64,000 nucleotides of DNA from Takakia lepidozioides (taxonomy: Eukaryota; Plantae; Bryophyta): positions 18,538,001 to 18,602,000 of the forward strand of contig CM060732.1 of NCBI GenBank assembly GCA_030704615.1. The letters run 5' to 3'. The position numbers were made by a program, and so were the translations under genes. Below are positions 1-14,000 of the stretch, piece after piece. The notes under the pieces were generated by a model. That model saw only the letters and a program-made list of their open reading frames with translations. It was not told the origin of the DNA and did no database searches. Within the stretch, counting starts at the first letter, position 1. Each line of letters begins with the position of its first letter.

Positions 1-247
1 CCACTGCAGCTGAAATGGGCTTACATAGGACCAAACAAAAGTTCCCAATGAGTCAAACCAGCAAACTCTGACCCGGAGTTCGTGGCAATCTCTTTTTCCC
101 CTCTCCCTCCCCCGCACAGACACACTGCAAGGGGCTAACGGAACATGTGAATGTGGCTCTAAAAGAAAATAAAAGAAATAAGGCTCTAAAAGCAACACTG
201 ACCCAGGTGCCCAATCTCCAGCTGACAACCTTGAGATCGCCTCACCG

Positions 248-783
248 ATGGCGCAATCTACGATAATGGATGGATCGACACTGAAGGCCTTTGTTGAGAA
301 TGAGAAGACATGGTCAAAATTTGTGGATGAGAAGTTTGCGGCCCTGGATAAAAGCCACACAGGCACTTTGACACATGTCGAGCTTCAGCCTGCCATAGCC
401 GGAATCGGCAGCGCACTGGGTCTTCCCCCCATGGGCGAGTCTCCTGAAACAGACCATATTTATGATGAGGTTAGTCTGTCTTGGATTTCTCTATGGTTGT
501 CTGTTGCAGAAGAGTCTCATCAAGCATTCATCAACAAACAATCACAATGATCAATCAATCCTCTTAACTGCACGTCCTGTCTTTTCACAAAAAGTTACCA
601 TGTACACTACTGTTGTAATCCAATTGGATATGGGGGATAAGGAAAATTTGCTGAGGCTCACCAATTGGTATCAGAAATGTGAACATGGAAGTTTCTTGAA
701 ATTGAATGCAAAAGGGCAGATACAAAGAAGACTATTTCTGTGCACCCGGGTCTTCTTTTCACTGTCAAGCTAACTTCAGAGTG

Positions 784-823
<40 letters not shown>

Positions 824-3800
824 CAAAGTACCATTTCATTTCATGTCTCTCTCTGGGGTCTTTCACTATGAGGATCAGAAATGCTTGGCAGCCTACCTGC
901 ACGAGGCATTCACCCTTAGACAATCACTCGAACAATAGTTCTTATCTTTGACTCTGGTTTCCTGTTTTCTCTCATGTTTTTCTTTCCATTTTGTCCCATA
1001 AGCTCTATGAGCTTTCCGCGGACGTTATAAAGCACCATTTCATTTCATTTCTCTTACACACACACACACACACACATTCTCAGTTCTGCTCAAACTAGGT
1101 GCGGTGTGTCATAAGTACATTCTCTCAGAACGAGATATTTCTCTTTGACCATAGCCATTGCACCTTCAGAATGTGAGAGTAAGGTAATTATACAATGTTT
1201 GCCATAATCTGGTGGCCATAGACCCCGCACCCAGTTTGGGCAGATGTTGTTCTAAGAGAGAAATGAAATGAAATGAAATGGTACTTTATAACGTCCGTGG
1301 AAAGCTCACAGAGAGAGAGAGAGAGAGAGAGAGAAACATCAACAGACTCTTTCTTTGACCAAAACAAGTGCAATCTCTCTCATGACTTAGTCTCATAAAC
1401 CAAATCTGTGCTTCAACGAATTCCTTCTGATGAAATTCCTGCCTATCATGTCTTCTCATTTGTTTCTCTTTTACACTATTCTTTCTTCCGTCCTCTTTAC
1501 TGCACATGAAGTACTTGTTAACTATCATAACCCTAAGGTTAGCTTCATGATTTAATGCCTGCAGATGTTCAGTGAGTTTGGGCATGGAATGGGGGATGGG
1601 GTGACAAAGCAAGAGTTTTCAACGGTAATGCGCGACATATTGTTGGGATTAGGAGATGGACTTGAACGGGACCCTGTGTCCATCGGTGTGTTAGACGGGA
1701 CAGGCCTGCAAAATTATGTCCAGAGCCCACAGTTTGAGATTGATACTGCAGCCACCTTTGTTCAGCTGGATAGCCAGAGCACTGGCACATTGAAAGCCAG
1801 CACTATCAAGGAAGCAATGCGGAGAATATCAGTTGCTCAAGGGATGCCTCCACCAATGGACCCCTCTGTATGTACTTTTTCTTCTTTGGCTATAGAGTAG
1901 CAGTGCTGGAATGTCATTGTATTTTGTACAGAAATGTGTAGACAAAAGACCATAGATCAAAACCCATTTCCATGCAACCAGATCGGCGTTGTCTGTACAG
2001 AAGCCCCAGGGCAAGTATGGGCTGAGTTTTCATTGCCCCTTATGGGAAAATTCCCACAATTTGGAAATACGTAATATCCAGGGGAAACCATGCCTTCAAG
2101 GGCACATCACAACCTGCACACCAAGTACATCCTCTGCTTATTATCTACTTGAGAGACAGGGGATACTTGGTGCTCATTTTTCACAAGCTCTAGTGCAAGC
2201 AAAGCCATGCATGTCATACCTAAGTCGAATCGGGGCTCCAGTGGCAATGCTTATATTGCCAATAGTATTTAACGTGGTGTCAATGCCAGTCCTTCCATCT
2301 AACCCTCATCCCCTTATTGCTCTAATTTAGTGGGCTTTACAGAAGCCGTGTACCGATCTCACAGAGTTTACAGGATTGGGCACAAACTTCCATCTTTTGT
2401 ATGCAATCCTTTTTGTGATGTCAGATGCTCAGCATGAACTATGTGCTGTTTGCTATCACAACTTCCATCTGAAAGGGTAGTTCACCCACTGGATACCCTG
2501 TCGTAGCCATGTCCTTATGGACCTGGTGATGAATGAGTTTTACAGTTCTGTTTCCTGTGTGTACTTGTGAGATGCAATAACTATCTCTCTATGGATTTTC
2601 TTTAATGTGTTGTTTCCTTTCTTTCTTTCTCTCCTCTCTCCCTCACAGCCTACCTGCACGAGGCATTCACCCTTAGACAATCACTCGAACAATAGTTCTT
2701 ATCTTTTGACTCTGGTTTCCTGTTTTCTCTCATGTTTTTCTTTCCATTTTGTCCCATAAGCTCTATGAGCTTTCTGCGGACGTTATAAAGCACCATTTCA
2801 TTTCATTTCCCTCACAGCGTATTGGCTGCATGTGTATAGGTCTCTGGAAAGATCGAGCAAGCCTTTAAGCTAGTAGGCATTAATGGAGAGGAAAGTCTGG
2901 ACCAGAACAAGTATATACACTTGTACAGGAAGGTGGTTTTAGCTGTAGCCACGTCTATGAAGGAGAAGCCAATGACGGTGGCTCACAGTGATAAAAAATT
3001 TGATGGTTCAAGCATTACAGAGCTTCTTCAAAAGAAACCTGCACTTGATGCGGTGAGTACTGTGAGAACTGTGTAAATTGATGGACAGTAAGTCTGGATA
3101 ATCTTGTATTGCCTATATTCTTATTTGTGTTTGCTTTCCAGTAAGCTTTCCAAGGTGCTCATAGAGTTCTTAGGTTCCTGTCTTTCTTTCTGTCCTTCCC
3201 CCTCCTAGAATCTATCTTCGTTGTCTTCCTCTACTTCTGTCTTCATTGGCTGTGTTTGTATCTGTGGGACACAAGCCCTCTCTTTCGGCCAAATATGTAT
3301 TGGCAACATCTCTGTCGCTACTTTTAAAACCTATATTTTTTATTGGTGTTTGTTTTCTCTTTAGTACAGTAAGCTTTCCAAGGAGCTCATAGAGTATAAA
3401 GTTCCCATCTTCTTTCTATCCTTCCCCGTCCTCGAATTAGGACACACGCTTTATTGATTGTCTTCCTCAAATTCTGCCTTCATTGACTGTCTTTGCATGT
3501 CTGGGACACACACACACTCTCTCTCTGTGCTAATGGGGCTAATGGCAGGATCTCTGTTTCTACAGTTTTCTCTTCTTCTAGGTTTCACTGGCAAAGCAGG
3601 AAACTGAAAGAATATCAAGCAAAATTGAATATGTCGTCTTACACACTTAATTATACCACTGGGTTATGGTGGGATGCAGTATAATAATACAGCGGTATAT
3701 ATCATACCGCAACTAGTTGCACTAGTGCAGGTAACCCGGTGTTGGGTGTTTAACCTAGGTGATCTAGGGTTCAAAGTGTCCACCTTCCAACATAATCCTT

Positions 3801-4870
3801 GGATGAAGAGACACTAAAATCTACGCTTTCCTTCGGGAGGAGTCCTCTTTCTACCTCAACTAGCCTCTTATCCACGTCCATGGAAAGAACACCTTTCCAT
3901 GATCCTTAGAGTTGCTTTTGGGCTGTTTTTTGGCTCTGGTTTTATTTCCTCTCTCTTGTTTTTTCCATTTTGTCCCATAAGCTCTTTGAGCTTTCCGCGG
4001 ATATTATTAAGTACCATCTCATTCGTTTCATTTCTATGAGCTTTCTGTGGACGTTATAAAGTACCATTCCATTTCATTTCATTTCTTTTCATTTCTCTCT
4101 CTAGCACTCTTCTGCACAAACTGGGCACAGGATCTGTAGCCAAAAGGCCACGGCGAACAATGTCTCATGATTACATTCTCTCGTGCCTACTTTTTTGGCA
4201 TGTTGTATCTGTGTGGCCTATTCTGAAGTCTTTCTGTGTGCCAGCTTAGAGAAGGAGTCAGGTTTTACTTCTGAGGCAATGACAGCAAGTTTGCTGCAAT
4301 ACTCATCTACTAGTTGCTCTTGGCTTGTGTAGGCATTGGAGCAAGCATGGCTAATGATGCCCAAGACAGGTGGGGGTGCCCCAAAGTCTTACCTTCGGGT
4401 TGGGCTGGATACTTTGGCACCCATTGCTGGCTTACCACCTATCGGTGCAATAGAAGAGGTGTGCCCTTTCCCCCCTCCCTCCCCCTCACATCTAACAGAT
4501 GAAACTCTGCATAAGGTATGTAAACTGGATAATTACTCTTGGTGCATTACTTTGAATCTGAGTGACTTTGGATCCTTGAGTTATCTTTAATATCAAATCA
4601 TGGTGAGTTCATCTTCCCTATGTGCCCATGTGCTCTGCGAAAGGTGTGTATGACAAATTTCTCTGTATGCAGATGAACACTGTGGTGAACGAGGCATTCA
4701 AAGTGGCGGATGCTGATGCGGGAGGGGTGGTAAGCCGAGAACAGTTTAATAAAAGCATGCTAGAGGTTTTGGGAAGCATCATGTTACAACTGCAGGGAAA
4801 GCCAATCGGGATCCAGAGCAGTGCGGTGGTCGCTGATAGTAGCCAACTTGGCACCACCATGCCCTTCTAG
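248..4870 (+). CDS. Calcium-binding EF-hand family protein, 5 exons (248-469, 1565-1867, 2840-3052, 4333-4458, 4673-4870), about 353 aa
   Basis: All four introns are GT..AG, phase 0, and the exons join in frame. EF-hand-like loops: DKSHTGTLTHVE, DSQSTGTLKAST, DADAGGVVSREQ. Internal two-fold repeat (..LGLPPMG.. / ..AGLPPIG..; DGS motif repeated) as in plant EF-hand proteins of this family. Confidence 0.9.
789..820. repeat. (TC)n microsatellite in intron 1; also (CA)n near 1056-1075 and (GA)n near 1310-1334
   Basis: Directly visible dinucleotide runs. Confidence 0.95.
888..1050 (+). repeat. About 160-bp intronic repeat, near-identical copy at 2646-2808; partial copies at about 3930-4150 (+) and 1205-1315 (-)
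   Basis: Shared sequence cagcctacctgcacgaggcattcacccttagacaatcac...ggacgttataaagcaccatttcatttc, ending in (ATTTC)n. Confidence 0.85.
3139..3580 (+). repeat. Degenerate about 230-bp tandem duplication in intron 3
   Basis: cagtaagctttccaagg(t/a)gctcatagagt at 3139 and 3368, with similarity continuing through ttgtcttcctc..tgggacaca. Confidence 0.75.
3720..3850 (+). mobile_element. Degenerate copy of the tRNA-derived SINE found at 7646
   Basis: B-box-like gggttcaaa followed by gtgtccacctt...gacac..aa..tacgct..cttc.ggagg.gtc, matching the body of the 7646-7838 SINE. Confidence 0.55.
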
Positions 4871-5799
4871 AATCTGAAGTCAGAGGCGTGCCTGTGTTTT
4901 GCAGAGATTTAAGCTGTCATTTGATACATTATTCAGGAAACCAGACATAAAATACACTAAACAGGCATCCTTCTGAATTCCATCTCTGAACATATCTGCA
5001 GTGCCGGTTCAAGTTTGTGTGATGGCCATTCTTTAGCTCCTTTCAAATTGCAAAAGTGCAAAGTGTTTGTTAGTTGTGTGTGTGGGCAGTGATGCAGAAC
5101 TGTTCAGTTCCACAGTTTTATGGAGCACTGATGGATTAAACAACTAACTTCGGTGTTGAGATGAAAATATCACTCAGTTGGAGAGTACACTACTTACCAC
5201 TCAGTTGACTCTGGGCTCAAATCCTGCTACAAGTTCAGTTTTTTATGGAGCGAGGGCAGTAGGGTCTTGAGGAGGAAAAGTGTCTCCTTTTCTGACTCAT
5301 GAAACATACAGGAGCATAGCCTCAACCCAAAGTTAGAAGAACCCAGAAGAAACTACCGGGGATGCAACCCCGGACCCACATTAGCAAAGATACTACCACT
5401 GCAGCCAAAATGTAGTACAACATCTTGTACATTTGTTTTTCATAGTTTGTTTTTAAATTTAACTTCATTATTTGGAACAGAAGGTGTAGAATTGCACATT
5501 CACATGTGGGCTCTTTTGGCTTTTGTTGTACATATATAGTTCCGAAGTACAAGGCACACACATTCTAAAAATTGATGTGCAGCCTCATTCAAGGACTCTA
5601 ATTTGTGCAGAGCAGAGTCCTCCCGTTTAAAACTTACAGAAAAAACCCAAGTTGTGAATGTCCTCCAGTTCCCTCCAAACACGTTTGATTGGCTACTCAT
5701 ACAAGCTACTTCAAGACTGCATTGCAGATGTGGCTTTCTGAAAAGTCTTTTTCTTTCAGTAGACAAGATCAGGTAGAGAAACTTTTACTGTCAGAGTGT

Positions 5800-8700
5800 A
5801 TTAGCCAAATTTCTGAAGACTCACAATATACTAAAGTTCTAAGCTACTATGACAGGAAGACCAACTCCCTTGGATGATTGGGCCTAGAGAGAGTGGGGTG
5901 AGTGGGGTGACTACTCAGCGGAGTGCTGCATCTGGAGGGACTGCGAAGACTAATTTGCTACTTTTACTCCTAACTAATATGGAACCTAGAGAGTGACTTC
6001 TAAGATTAATCCTACTTGATCTTGCTGATCACGGTGAGGATCTACAACACCTCCCCTCGAACTTGGAAGCTTGTGACGGAGCTTCAAAGTGAGTAATGCC
6101 AACGATGCCAAATGGTGATCCCGAAAACAAAGATGCTCGACGTTCAGAGGCGTTTAACCATCGGGGAAATGTTCAACTTCGTTTCCTGGACAATCTGCCT
6201 CCTTTCAAGTCAAGTAGAGAAATCAATTGTTCTCACCAAGCTGAGTTCATCTCACAGTTTTTCAAACAGGGTTCGGCCCAATGGTCAGTTGATCCTTCGA
6301 AGGAACATGATTGATTTCCAATTCTCCTCCTGTGACTTTTTCCCTAATGAAGTGGTGATGGATTTCAATGTGCTTTGTTCTATCGCAAAAGATTGGATTT
6401 TCGGACAGCTTGATTGCACTTTGGTTGTCATACATCATTTGTGTGGGTTCTTTCTCACAGGGTATCTGTCGACTAGGTTCATGTCCCATTTCTCACGAGC
6501 GGCAGTGGAAGAGAGCGTCTGACACCCCCTCTTCCACCCACTTTTTTTAAATGAAAAGTGACACGTAGGCAAGGGTGGATGATGCAGCAAACACACGAGT
6601 GGAAGTAGATAGACGTTCTGTTGGTGATCAACCGTGGATTTTCCTGATTTTGTGGAAACCATCGATCTCTCTAGTGAAGAGCTGCGTGAAAGAAGTTCGG
6701 GAAGACGGAAGACGGTGAGCCCTGCATTTCACATCACGACAAAACTTCTCAGAGGTGCGCGGCACTTCCAGCCGGATGTGCCCGGAAGTGTTGCAGTTTC
6801 CAAAACCGTCCACGTCAATAGACACATCAGCTTCCAATAGAACGTGCTTCCTCCCATGTGTTAGTGTGCGGTTTCCCCCTCGGCCAATGGTCGTCTCCGA
6901 TTCATCTTGATTGTCGCCCGTGTGTCTACGCCCTGAGTATCCAATAATGATGCTTGCCTCCCCTCGCTGATAACAAATCCCCAAGTACACAGTTCCCTTG
7001 ATGTATCTGAACAGATGTTTGATGGCATCCATGTGTGGGGTTTGAGGCTGGTTTGAGAATCTACTGACCATATTTACAGCGAAGCAGATATCTGGTCGTG
7101 TTTGAGTAAGGAAGTTCAACTTTCCAACCATCCGCTGATAGAGCTGGGTGTTGACAGCCGGTGCTTCCATGTCGATCTTGAGTTTGAGACCTGGGAGCAT
7201 TGGTGTGACTGTTGAGTTGCACTGCCCATACCCAAAATTCTTCCAATATTTGGGCTGCGTAGCCCCTTTGAGTCACAACGATCCCTTCATGTCAAAAGAA
7301 ATACTCCAGCCCAAGAGAGTGCCTTATTAGACCCATGTCTGTCATTTCAAAACGTTTCTTGATATCTGATCATATGTATCGCAGTTTGTCGTCGTGGTTG
7401 TCAGTAAGGTAGACATCGTCTACATACAGCATGAGTTAGGAAAATCTTATCTCCTTCTTTAAAATAGTACAAATTTCCATCCGAGTTGGTGCATTTTGTT
7501 CTCGAAGATAATTGTCTATTTTGGTGTACCAAGCACGAGGTGCCTGACAAAGACCATACAAGGCTTTAAGTAACTTACAAACCTTGCTCTCTTTGCCCTT
7601 AGCCTCAAAGCCTTCAGGCTGCTGGATAAATACCTCTTCTGTCAAAGACAACCAGCATGTAGCCCAGTGGTAATGGGCACATACCACGTTGGATGTGGTT
7701 GTGGGTTCAAACCACGGTCTGGTGTGTCATGAAGGTGTCCACCTTTCAGCTGGAAGACAGTAGCCCTTGTGGAGAAGTGACACCATAAGTTACGCTCCCT
7801 TCAGGAGGCGTCATATTTTTTTTTACTTTTTTTTTTTTCTCTTCTGTCAACCGTTCAAGAAGGCAGTTTTGACATCTAGATGAAATATGGACCAACCATT
7901 CTAACCTGCTAGTGCTGTGACAGCTCGCAAAGTGTTGTACTTGGCCACCGGCGCATAGGTCTTAGCAAAATCCTCCCCTGCTCGTTGTTGAAAACCTCGA
8001 GCCACCAGACGCGCCTTCAATCTGGCAGTGGTCCCATCAGCGTGTGTCTTGACTTTGTAGATCCATTTGGTGGTAATGGCCTGCCTACCGGAGGGCAGAT
8101 CTGCGAGAGTCCATGTCTCATTCCTGCGGATTGAGGCCATTTCTTGTTCCATGGCGTCAATCCAGCCCGGGTGACGAGATGCTTCAGCATAGGTGGTGGG
8201 TTTTGGGGCGGCTTCAGACAGACCCACCACAAAGTCATTGAATCATCTTGGAAGGCAAATGGCTCGAGCAGTACGTGTATGTGCCTATATTGGTAAAACT
8301 ACCTCTGGTTGTCCGTGCGGACTCGAGGTCGAGGCAGAAATATCCTGCAAGTCTGCACTTGAGTGAAAGGTAGATGATGACAAAGATTCATGTAGATCAG
8401 AACCTAAATTTGAGCCATGTGAACCCTCAGGCAAGTTGCCAGACCTTGAAAAACCGTAGGTGGTTCATAGCCTTTGGTGCTCGTGTCATAACCCAAGAAT
8501 ACACATCTCCTTGATTTTGGTGACCATTTGGTCCGCTGAGAATTGATGTGGACAAAGCAGACACAGCCAAAGACTCACAAGTGTTTGACGTCAGGCGGAC
8601 CGCCGAACAATTTCTGATACGGTGTGGTGCCACTGTTTGCCCTAGTAGGAGAAATATTGACAAGATAATTTGTTGTGCTGACGGTCTCTGCCCAGAGGCG

Positions 8701-10233
8701 AGCTGGAAGATGGGCGCCGAGAGCCAAGCTCCTGCCTCGCTCTATCAGGGTTATGTTCTTCCTCTCTGCGGCTCCATTTTGATGGGGGGTGTTAGATTGT
8801 GTGAACTGCCATATGATTCCATGATTTTTACAAAAATCTGAGAAGGCAGTAGAGCAGTATTCCCCACCATTGTCTGATCACAGCACTTTGATAGTGCGTC
8901 CAAACTGCTTTTCAACCCTGGACTTAAATTGGCTGAACATGGTGAAAGTGTCACTTTTCTTCCGAAGGAAGAAAACCCAACAAAAACGACTGTAATCGTC
9001 TATGAATGTGAGAACGTACAAAGCTCTTGAGAGAGACGGTGTGGACAATGGTCCACAAAGATTAGTATGGATCATATCAAGAGGTGAGGAACTCCTATGA
9101 AGACTCTTTTTTGGAGCTCTCTCCCGACTTTGCTTCCCAAGTGCGCATGCATGACAGACATCATGACCTATGGACAGATTTCGATGAAGGTTGATGGCAA
9201 GTCCATTCTGCGACAAGAAATTCAAACTCTTGTAATTCAAGTGACCCAATCGGTGATGCCAGATCCGTGTGAGATCTGTTGTACTTTCCACTGTGCCCAC
9301 GAATGATTCATTCGACACTAAGAGCTTGTAAAGGCCATTTGATGGATCACGAATACCTTCACCTAGCACGTCATGGGCAGCATTTAGCAGGAAGACATTC
9401 TTGTCATCGAAGAACAATCTAAAACCTTTGTCAGTCAAGGTACCTACGGATAGCAAATTTTTGCATACACCCGGGACATACAAAACTTCCTCTTTTATTG
9501 CATCATTCTTGACAAGAATCACAATGCTGCCTTTCCCCGCTACCTGGTGGTACAGACCTCCAGCTGTTTTGACTTTGGAGTTTCCCTCTCCCTTTTTGAA
9601 ATTGGACAAAAAACGGTCATTGCCTGAGACATGCTTAGTGGCCCCACTATCCACATACCAATCTGAGGCATCGGGGTATTGAGCTAAGTTGAGCTCGAGG
9701 ATATCCGCAGCCAGTTCAGTAGGGGTGTCATTGCACTCCTGAAAATTATCGATCTCCTCATCGCTGTCGTCTTCGATGATGTTGACTGAATTTTTGAGAC
9801 GTTCGACAGCGCGGCGCTTGATCTCATTTGACAATTCAGCACAGTTGCGCATCCAATGATCAGGTTTGCCGCAAAAGTTGCAGCTCCCCTCATGTTTGAC
9901 AGTGGCCCCCTTTCGATACTTGTCGTCATGGGGCTGGCTCTTGTTCTTTGCGAATTTAGACTTGATCAGCAAAGCCTCGGGGTCAGATTTCTTTCCACGA
10001 GTCTCTCGAATTTCTCGCTTGGCTTCATCCAGCCAAAGAATACCGATTAGTTCATTGAGAGTTGGAAGCTCAGGTCGGTATATTAAAGTGCATGCCAAAG
10101 ATTCCAAACTCTCGGGTAGAGAGTTCACAATCTGCTCCACCAAGTCCCCTTCACGGACCGGTTCTCCAATGTTCGCTAGCTGGTTGATAATCTCCTTGAG
10201 CTGCTTGACGAAGTCTGTGACTGATCCGCCATT
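5800..10233 (-). mobile_element. Ty1/Copia LTR retrotransposon, 5'-truncated and degenerate
   Basis: Minus-strand motifs in Copia order: gag (GSVTDFVKQLKEIINQL; knuckle CNFCGKPDHWMRNC), protease WYVDSGATKH, GAG-pre-integrase WHHRLGH..CHAC, integrase LTFIDDYSRFCWV, RT (KARLVARGFQQ, YVDD region about 7410-7430), RNase H (DNQSAI..RTKHIEIHHHFIRE). PPT GAGGGGAGG is followed by TGTTG at 6049 (start of 3' LTR). Left LTR boundary is approximate. Several frameshifts. Confidence 0.9.
7646..7838 (+). mobile_element. tRNA-derived SINE inserted in the Copia RT
   Basis: Pol III A box TAGCCCAGTGG (7660-7670), B box GGTTCAAACC, T-rich 3' tail, and a 12-bp TSD CTCTTCTGTCAA at 7634-7645 and 7839-7850. It interrupts the RT motif AFLNG..LTEEVFIQQP. 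Confidence 0.85.
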
Positions 10234-10744
10234 AACTACAGCAAATGGGGGGGGTTTGCGACGCCAACCCCGCGGCGCCTTTTTGCGACGCCCGGCCGTC
10301 GCAAACAGACCCCGCGGGTCGCCACCTGGCGCCGAGGCCAGGCGGCGACGCCTGGCCGTCGCACGGGTGGATGAAGGGCAGGAGGCAGCCCTTCTGTGCG
10401 ATGCCCAAGCGTCGCCCCCCAGCGAAGGGCAAAAGGCAACCCTTTCTGGCAACGGCCGTCCGTCGCCAGCGGAAAAAAGACAGCCCTTTCTTGCCCTTTC
10501 TTTCATTGCAGCCCTTGTTGGCAATGCCAGGCCGTCGCATGGTGGCATGAATGGCAAAAGGCATTGGCGACGGTCGGGCGTCGCAAACAGGGGCTACCCA
10601 ATTCTTTCCAAAAAAAAAAAAAACAAGTCGCATCCGTCGCCGTTTGCGACCCCCGGCCTCATATATCCTAAAAAACGCGTCGCAGTTTGTGATGCGTGGG
10701 GGCAGGGCTTTCTAGGTTTAGGTTTAGGGCGTTAAGGGGTTCTT

Positions 10745-10775
<31 letters not shown>

Positions 10776-11049
10776 CGGTTCTTCATATGGTATGGGGGTA
10801 GGGTGTTTGTTTTTCTTTATGGTTTAGCTTGTTGTTGTGGACCTTCTTGTAGATTATGACATTCATTTTGATAATTCTCTTGATACCACATCTCTATGTG
10901 TTGCTCCAACATATTCATTGTCTCTGCCTTCTTTTTTGAAAGACTATCAGCCGCAGCCATATTTGATCAATCGTAGAAATAAGCTACAATATGCATGTAC
11001 ATGTACAATCAATCGAAGGGATGGGTACAGTTCGGTGCGAGAATTATTA

Positions 11050-14000
11050 TGTAGCTTTGATTTCGTGTCTAATCAACTTGAATATCATCATCCGGAGCTT
11101 CTTCATCCTTATCAAGCTGCAAGTTTTCTTGGTCATCGGAGTCATCGTCATAAGTGGCCCGGCCCTCAAAAGGCACCTCCGAATCATCCTCCACCTTGTT
11201 GTCAATGGCCGTGTCTTCATCTCCTTCTCCAACATCCGTATCTTTTGGAGCTTCATCATATAGGGTCCGGGATGCATTCTCCGGGGCCTCATCATCCTCT
11301 TCTATCCCCCTCTACCCAACCTCCATCATCACCATCATTATGACCAGTCTCTCCGTCCACCGCAATTGCCTCACCCCATGGAGATCCGAGACCATGATAG
11401 ATACGTCTTCATCTTGACTGAGCATGCACAACCACCTTCCAATTCCCCCCTCTTGTTTTTGGAGACGAAAACTTGCTCCATGTCTGAAGGCCATGAAAAA
11501 TGCTCATCGGAGGGACGATGAGTAGGGTTGAGCCTATCTGCATTGCACGTCTTGCACTAGTGTTGCGGAGGGCCCCACAAGATGTGGCTGGAACCACCTT
11601 CCCTTGAAGAGAAGAGGCCGGTACCTTGTATACTGAAGTTGGAGTATGCTCTCAAGCTCTCCAATGTACTCATAGCAGGTCGTGTATCTCCTTGCCCCAC
11701 ACGGAGTCTTGCCAATATGTGGCACACAAGCCAGAATCAAAGGTTGTTTTGCACTTCATGTCAAGAGCACGAATGCGGAAATGACGACCGTGAACCAAAC
11801 CGTCGTGTATGAGGTCACGAATTGAGAGGGGCCCCTTGCAATGTCTTGCGCCAAATCTAAAACCACCTTTCCTTGAGCAACGGCGTCATAAACTGAAGTC
11901 TGAAGTCACTATTGGAATGAACTTAGAGGCTGCAATTCCATGGGCAAATTTTGTGAAGGAACATTCCGGCGGCCCGCTCCTCGTCGTAGGCGTCTAGTAA
12001 CCGGCCTTGGATGGTTCCGCCTCCATGCAAGCGTCTCCTCCTCTCATTGCTGAACAAGGTTATTGTATCTTGTCTCTCACTCATGTATGGATGGGGTGTT
12101 CTTCAGTATGAAGTCATGCGCTTGCTCAATCACCAAGGTCGGCAATTTTACCCTCTTCGATTTTTTGGACAAAACGATGTCATTGGTTCGTGCATCCTCC
12201 TCTTCCTTCCACATCTGAGGGGCTTCCTTATCCACCCTTGCCATGTACTCCGTGGCACGTGCAATATAACATAGTTTCTTGCAACGTATACCCCTCCGCC
12301 ATGCTACCCTCCGGGTGCGCCATTTGTCTTACAAATCTTTTCAAAGTCTTCATATAACGCTCAAGGAAGTACATCCACCGAGAATGAACGGGGCCGGCAA
12401 TCGAAGTCTCTTCCACTAAGTGCACTACCAAGTGCACTTGGATGTCAAAGAAGGAGGGATGAAGGTGCATCTCCAACATACACATTACCTCCGCCGCCTC
12501 CTTCTTCATGCGTGGAAAATCTGCTTCCTCCAACTCTTTGGAGCAAATCCACCGGAACAAGCCTCCCAATCTGATTGTCTCACGAACTTCGGGAGTCAAT
12601 GTCCCACGTACTGCAATGGGCAAGATGTCTTGCAATAGATTGTGGTAGTCATGAGATTTCAAACCATGGACCCCGTCTTCTTCACTGAACTTCGTACGGA
12701 GGGATGACCCATAACCAGTTGGTATTCAGACAGCACTTATGGTGGCTATCACTTTCTTGTATTCCTCCTTTGTCCATTGCCAAGGTGCACGCCTATACTT
12801 CCACCGTACAACACCCTTTGGGTCCACACCATTTTGTTCGGCCCATAGATGGCGCATGCGACCCTGCTCCTCAAGCTCCTTTCTAACACCGAGAGAATCT
12901 CCTTTTACAGCCATTCCCTTCTTTGCTGGCGTGCCACGAAGAACCCGAAAAAATGACGAGCAGACATTCTTCTCAATATGCATGGGATCTAGAAGATGGC
13001 GAATCTTCAGGTCCTACATATATCCCCACCCACAAATACTTACACAATTTTTTTGACGTGAAAGTGACAATGCAACGCATACCAAATGTGCAATATCACA
13101 TGCATGCATAGGGATATTGACGGTGTTTTTGTGGAATATGTACCGCCCAATATGACAACTCGTAGAAGATTGAAAGTCGCTTCATGACGGGCACATCCAT
13201 TTCACCGTCCGTGCCCGCATGGGCCTCCTTCCATCGGTCCTCCCAAACTGCCCGGATGGTGTCATAGGGGGGGGACGGACTTCCTCTTTGTCATCAAACA
13301 AATGTTTCTCTCTTCTTCTCCATCGATGGCTCATAGGAAGAAACTTGCGGTAGTTGGGATACACCATCTTGTGAAGTTGGCGGGAGTTATGTGCATCAAG
13401 ATCATCGCCACAATGCAAGCATGCATGGTACCCTTTGGTGCTTAGCCCCGAGCAAACAGTTAGTCATGTATTACACATCCCGCCACATTAGCAAAGACAA
13501 AAAGTTGTCATGTGCATGGTCCATAATGCCATCTACCCCACTATGGTGCACAAGACTGTCGCCGCTACTTCAATCAATCCCAATCCTCATCGATATTATC
13601 CGGCATTGACAAATGAATGTACGCGGGTTGTTCCTGGGGAACATAATATACTTGGATAATCATGCATTGTCCAAAGCAAGATGTCTCTCATCTGAAAAGA
13701 TTGTCTGGCCATAGGGTCAAGTGAAGCATCCAATGTCGGGACCCCCCTCCATAGCTCCTTAAGTTCATCGACAAGAGGTCGCAAATACGTGTCCATCTTT
13801 GCCACTTGTTTTTTCTCTATGAGACATTCACATCATTGTTTCAATGCTCCACCAATATGCAAATTATACTACAAAATGAATTACACGTCTTACTTCATGA
13901 TTATGTCACTCATCAATCTTGCATCCGAATTGCGCCAGAGATCATAAGTTTAATGTAAAGTCCAAAGCAATAATAAACATGAAATGAGAACATTCACCTG

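Noticed and set aside
7655-7725. Possible tRNA gene
   Set aside because: Only the A and B boxes are kept; it continues into a SINE body with tail and TSD.
8878-10557. 559-aa ORF as a single gene
   Set aside because: Chimeric: its first about 108 codons are read-through of CACTA subterminal repeats into Copia gag at 10233.
10711-10730. Telomere-like TTTAGGG motifs (also about 18040, 22276, 28673)
   Set aside because: Only 1-2 units; these are telo-box-like motifs within TE ends, not interstitial telomeric arrays.
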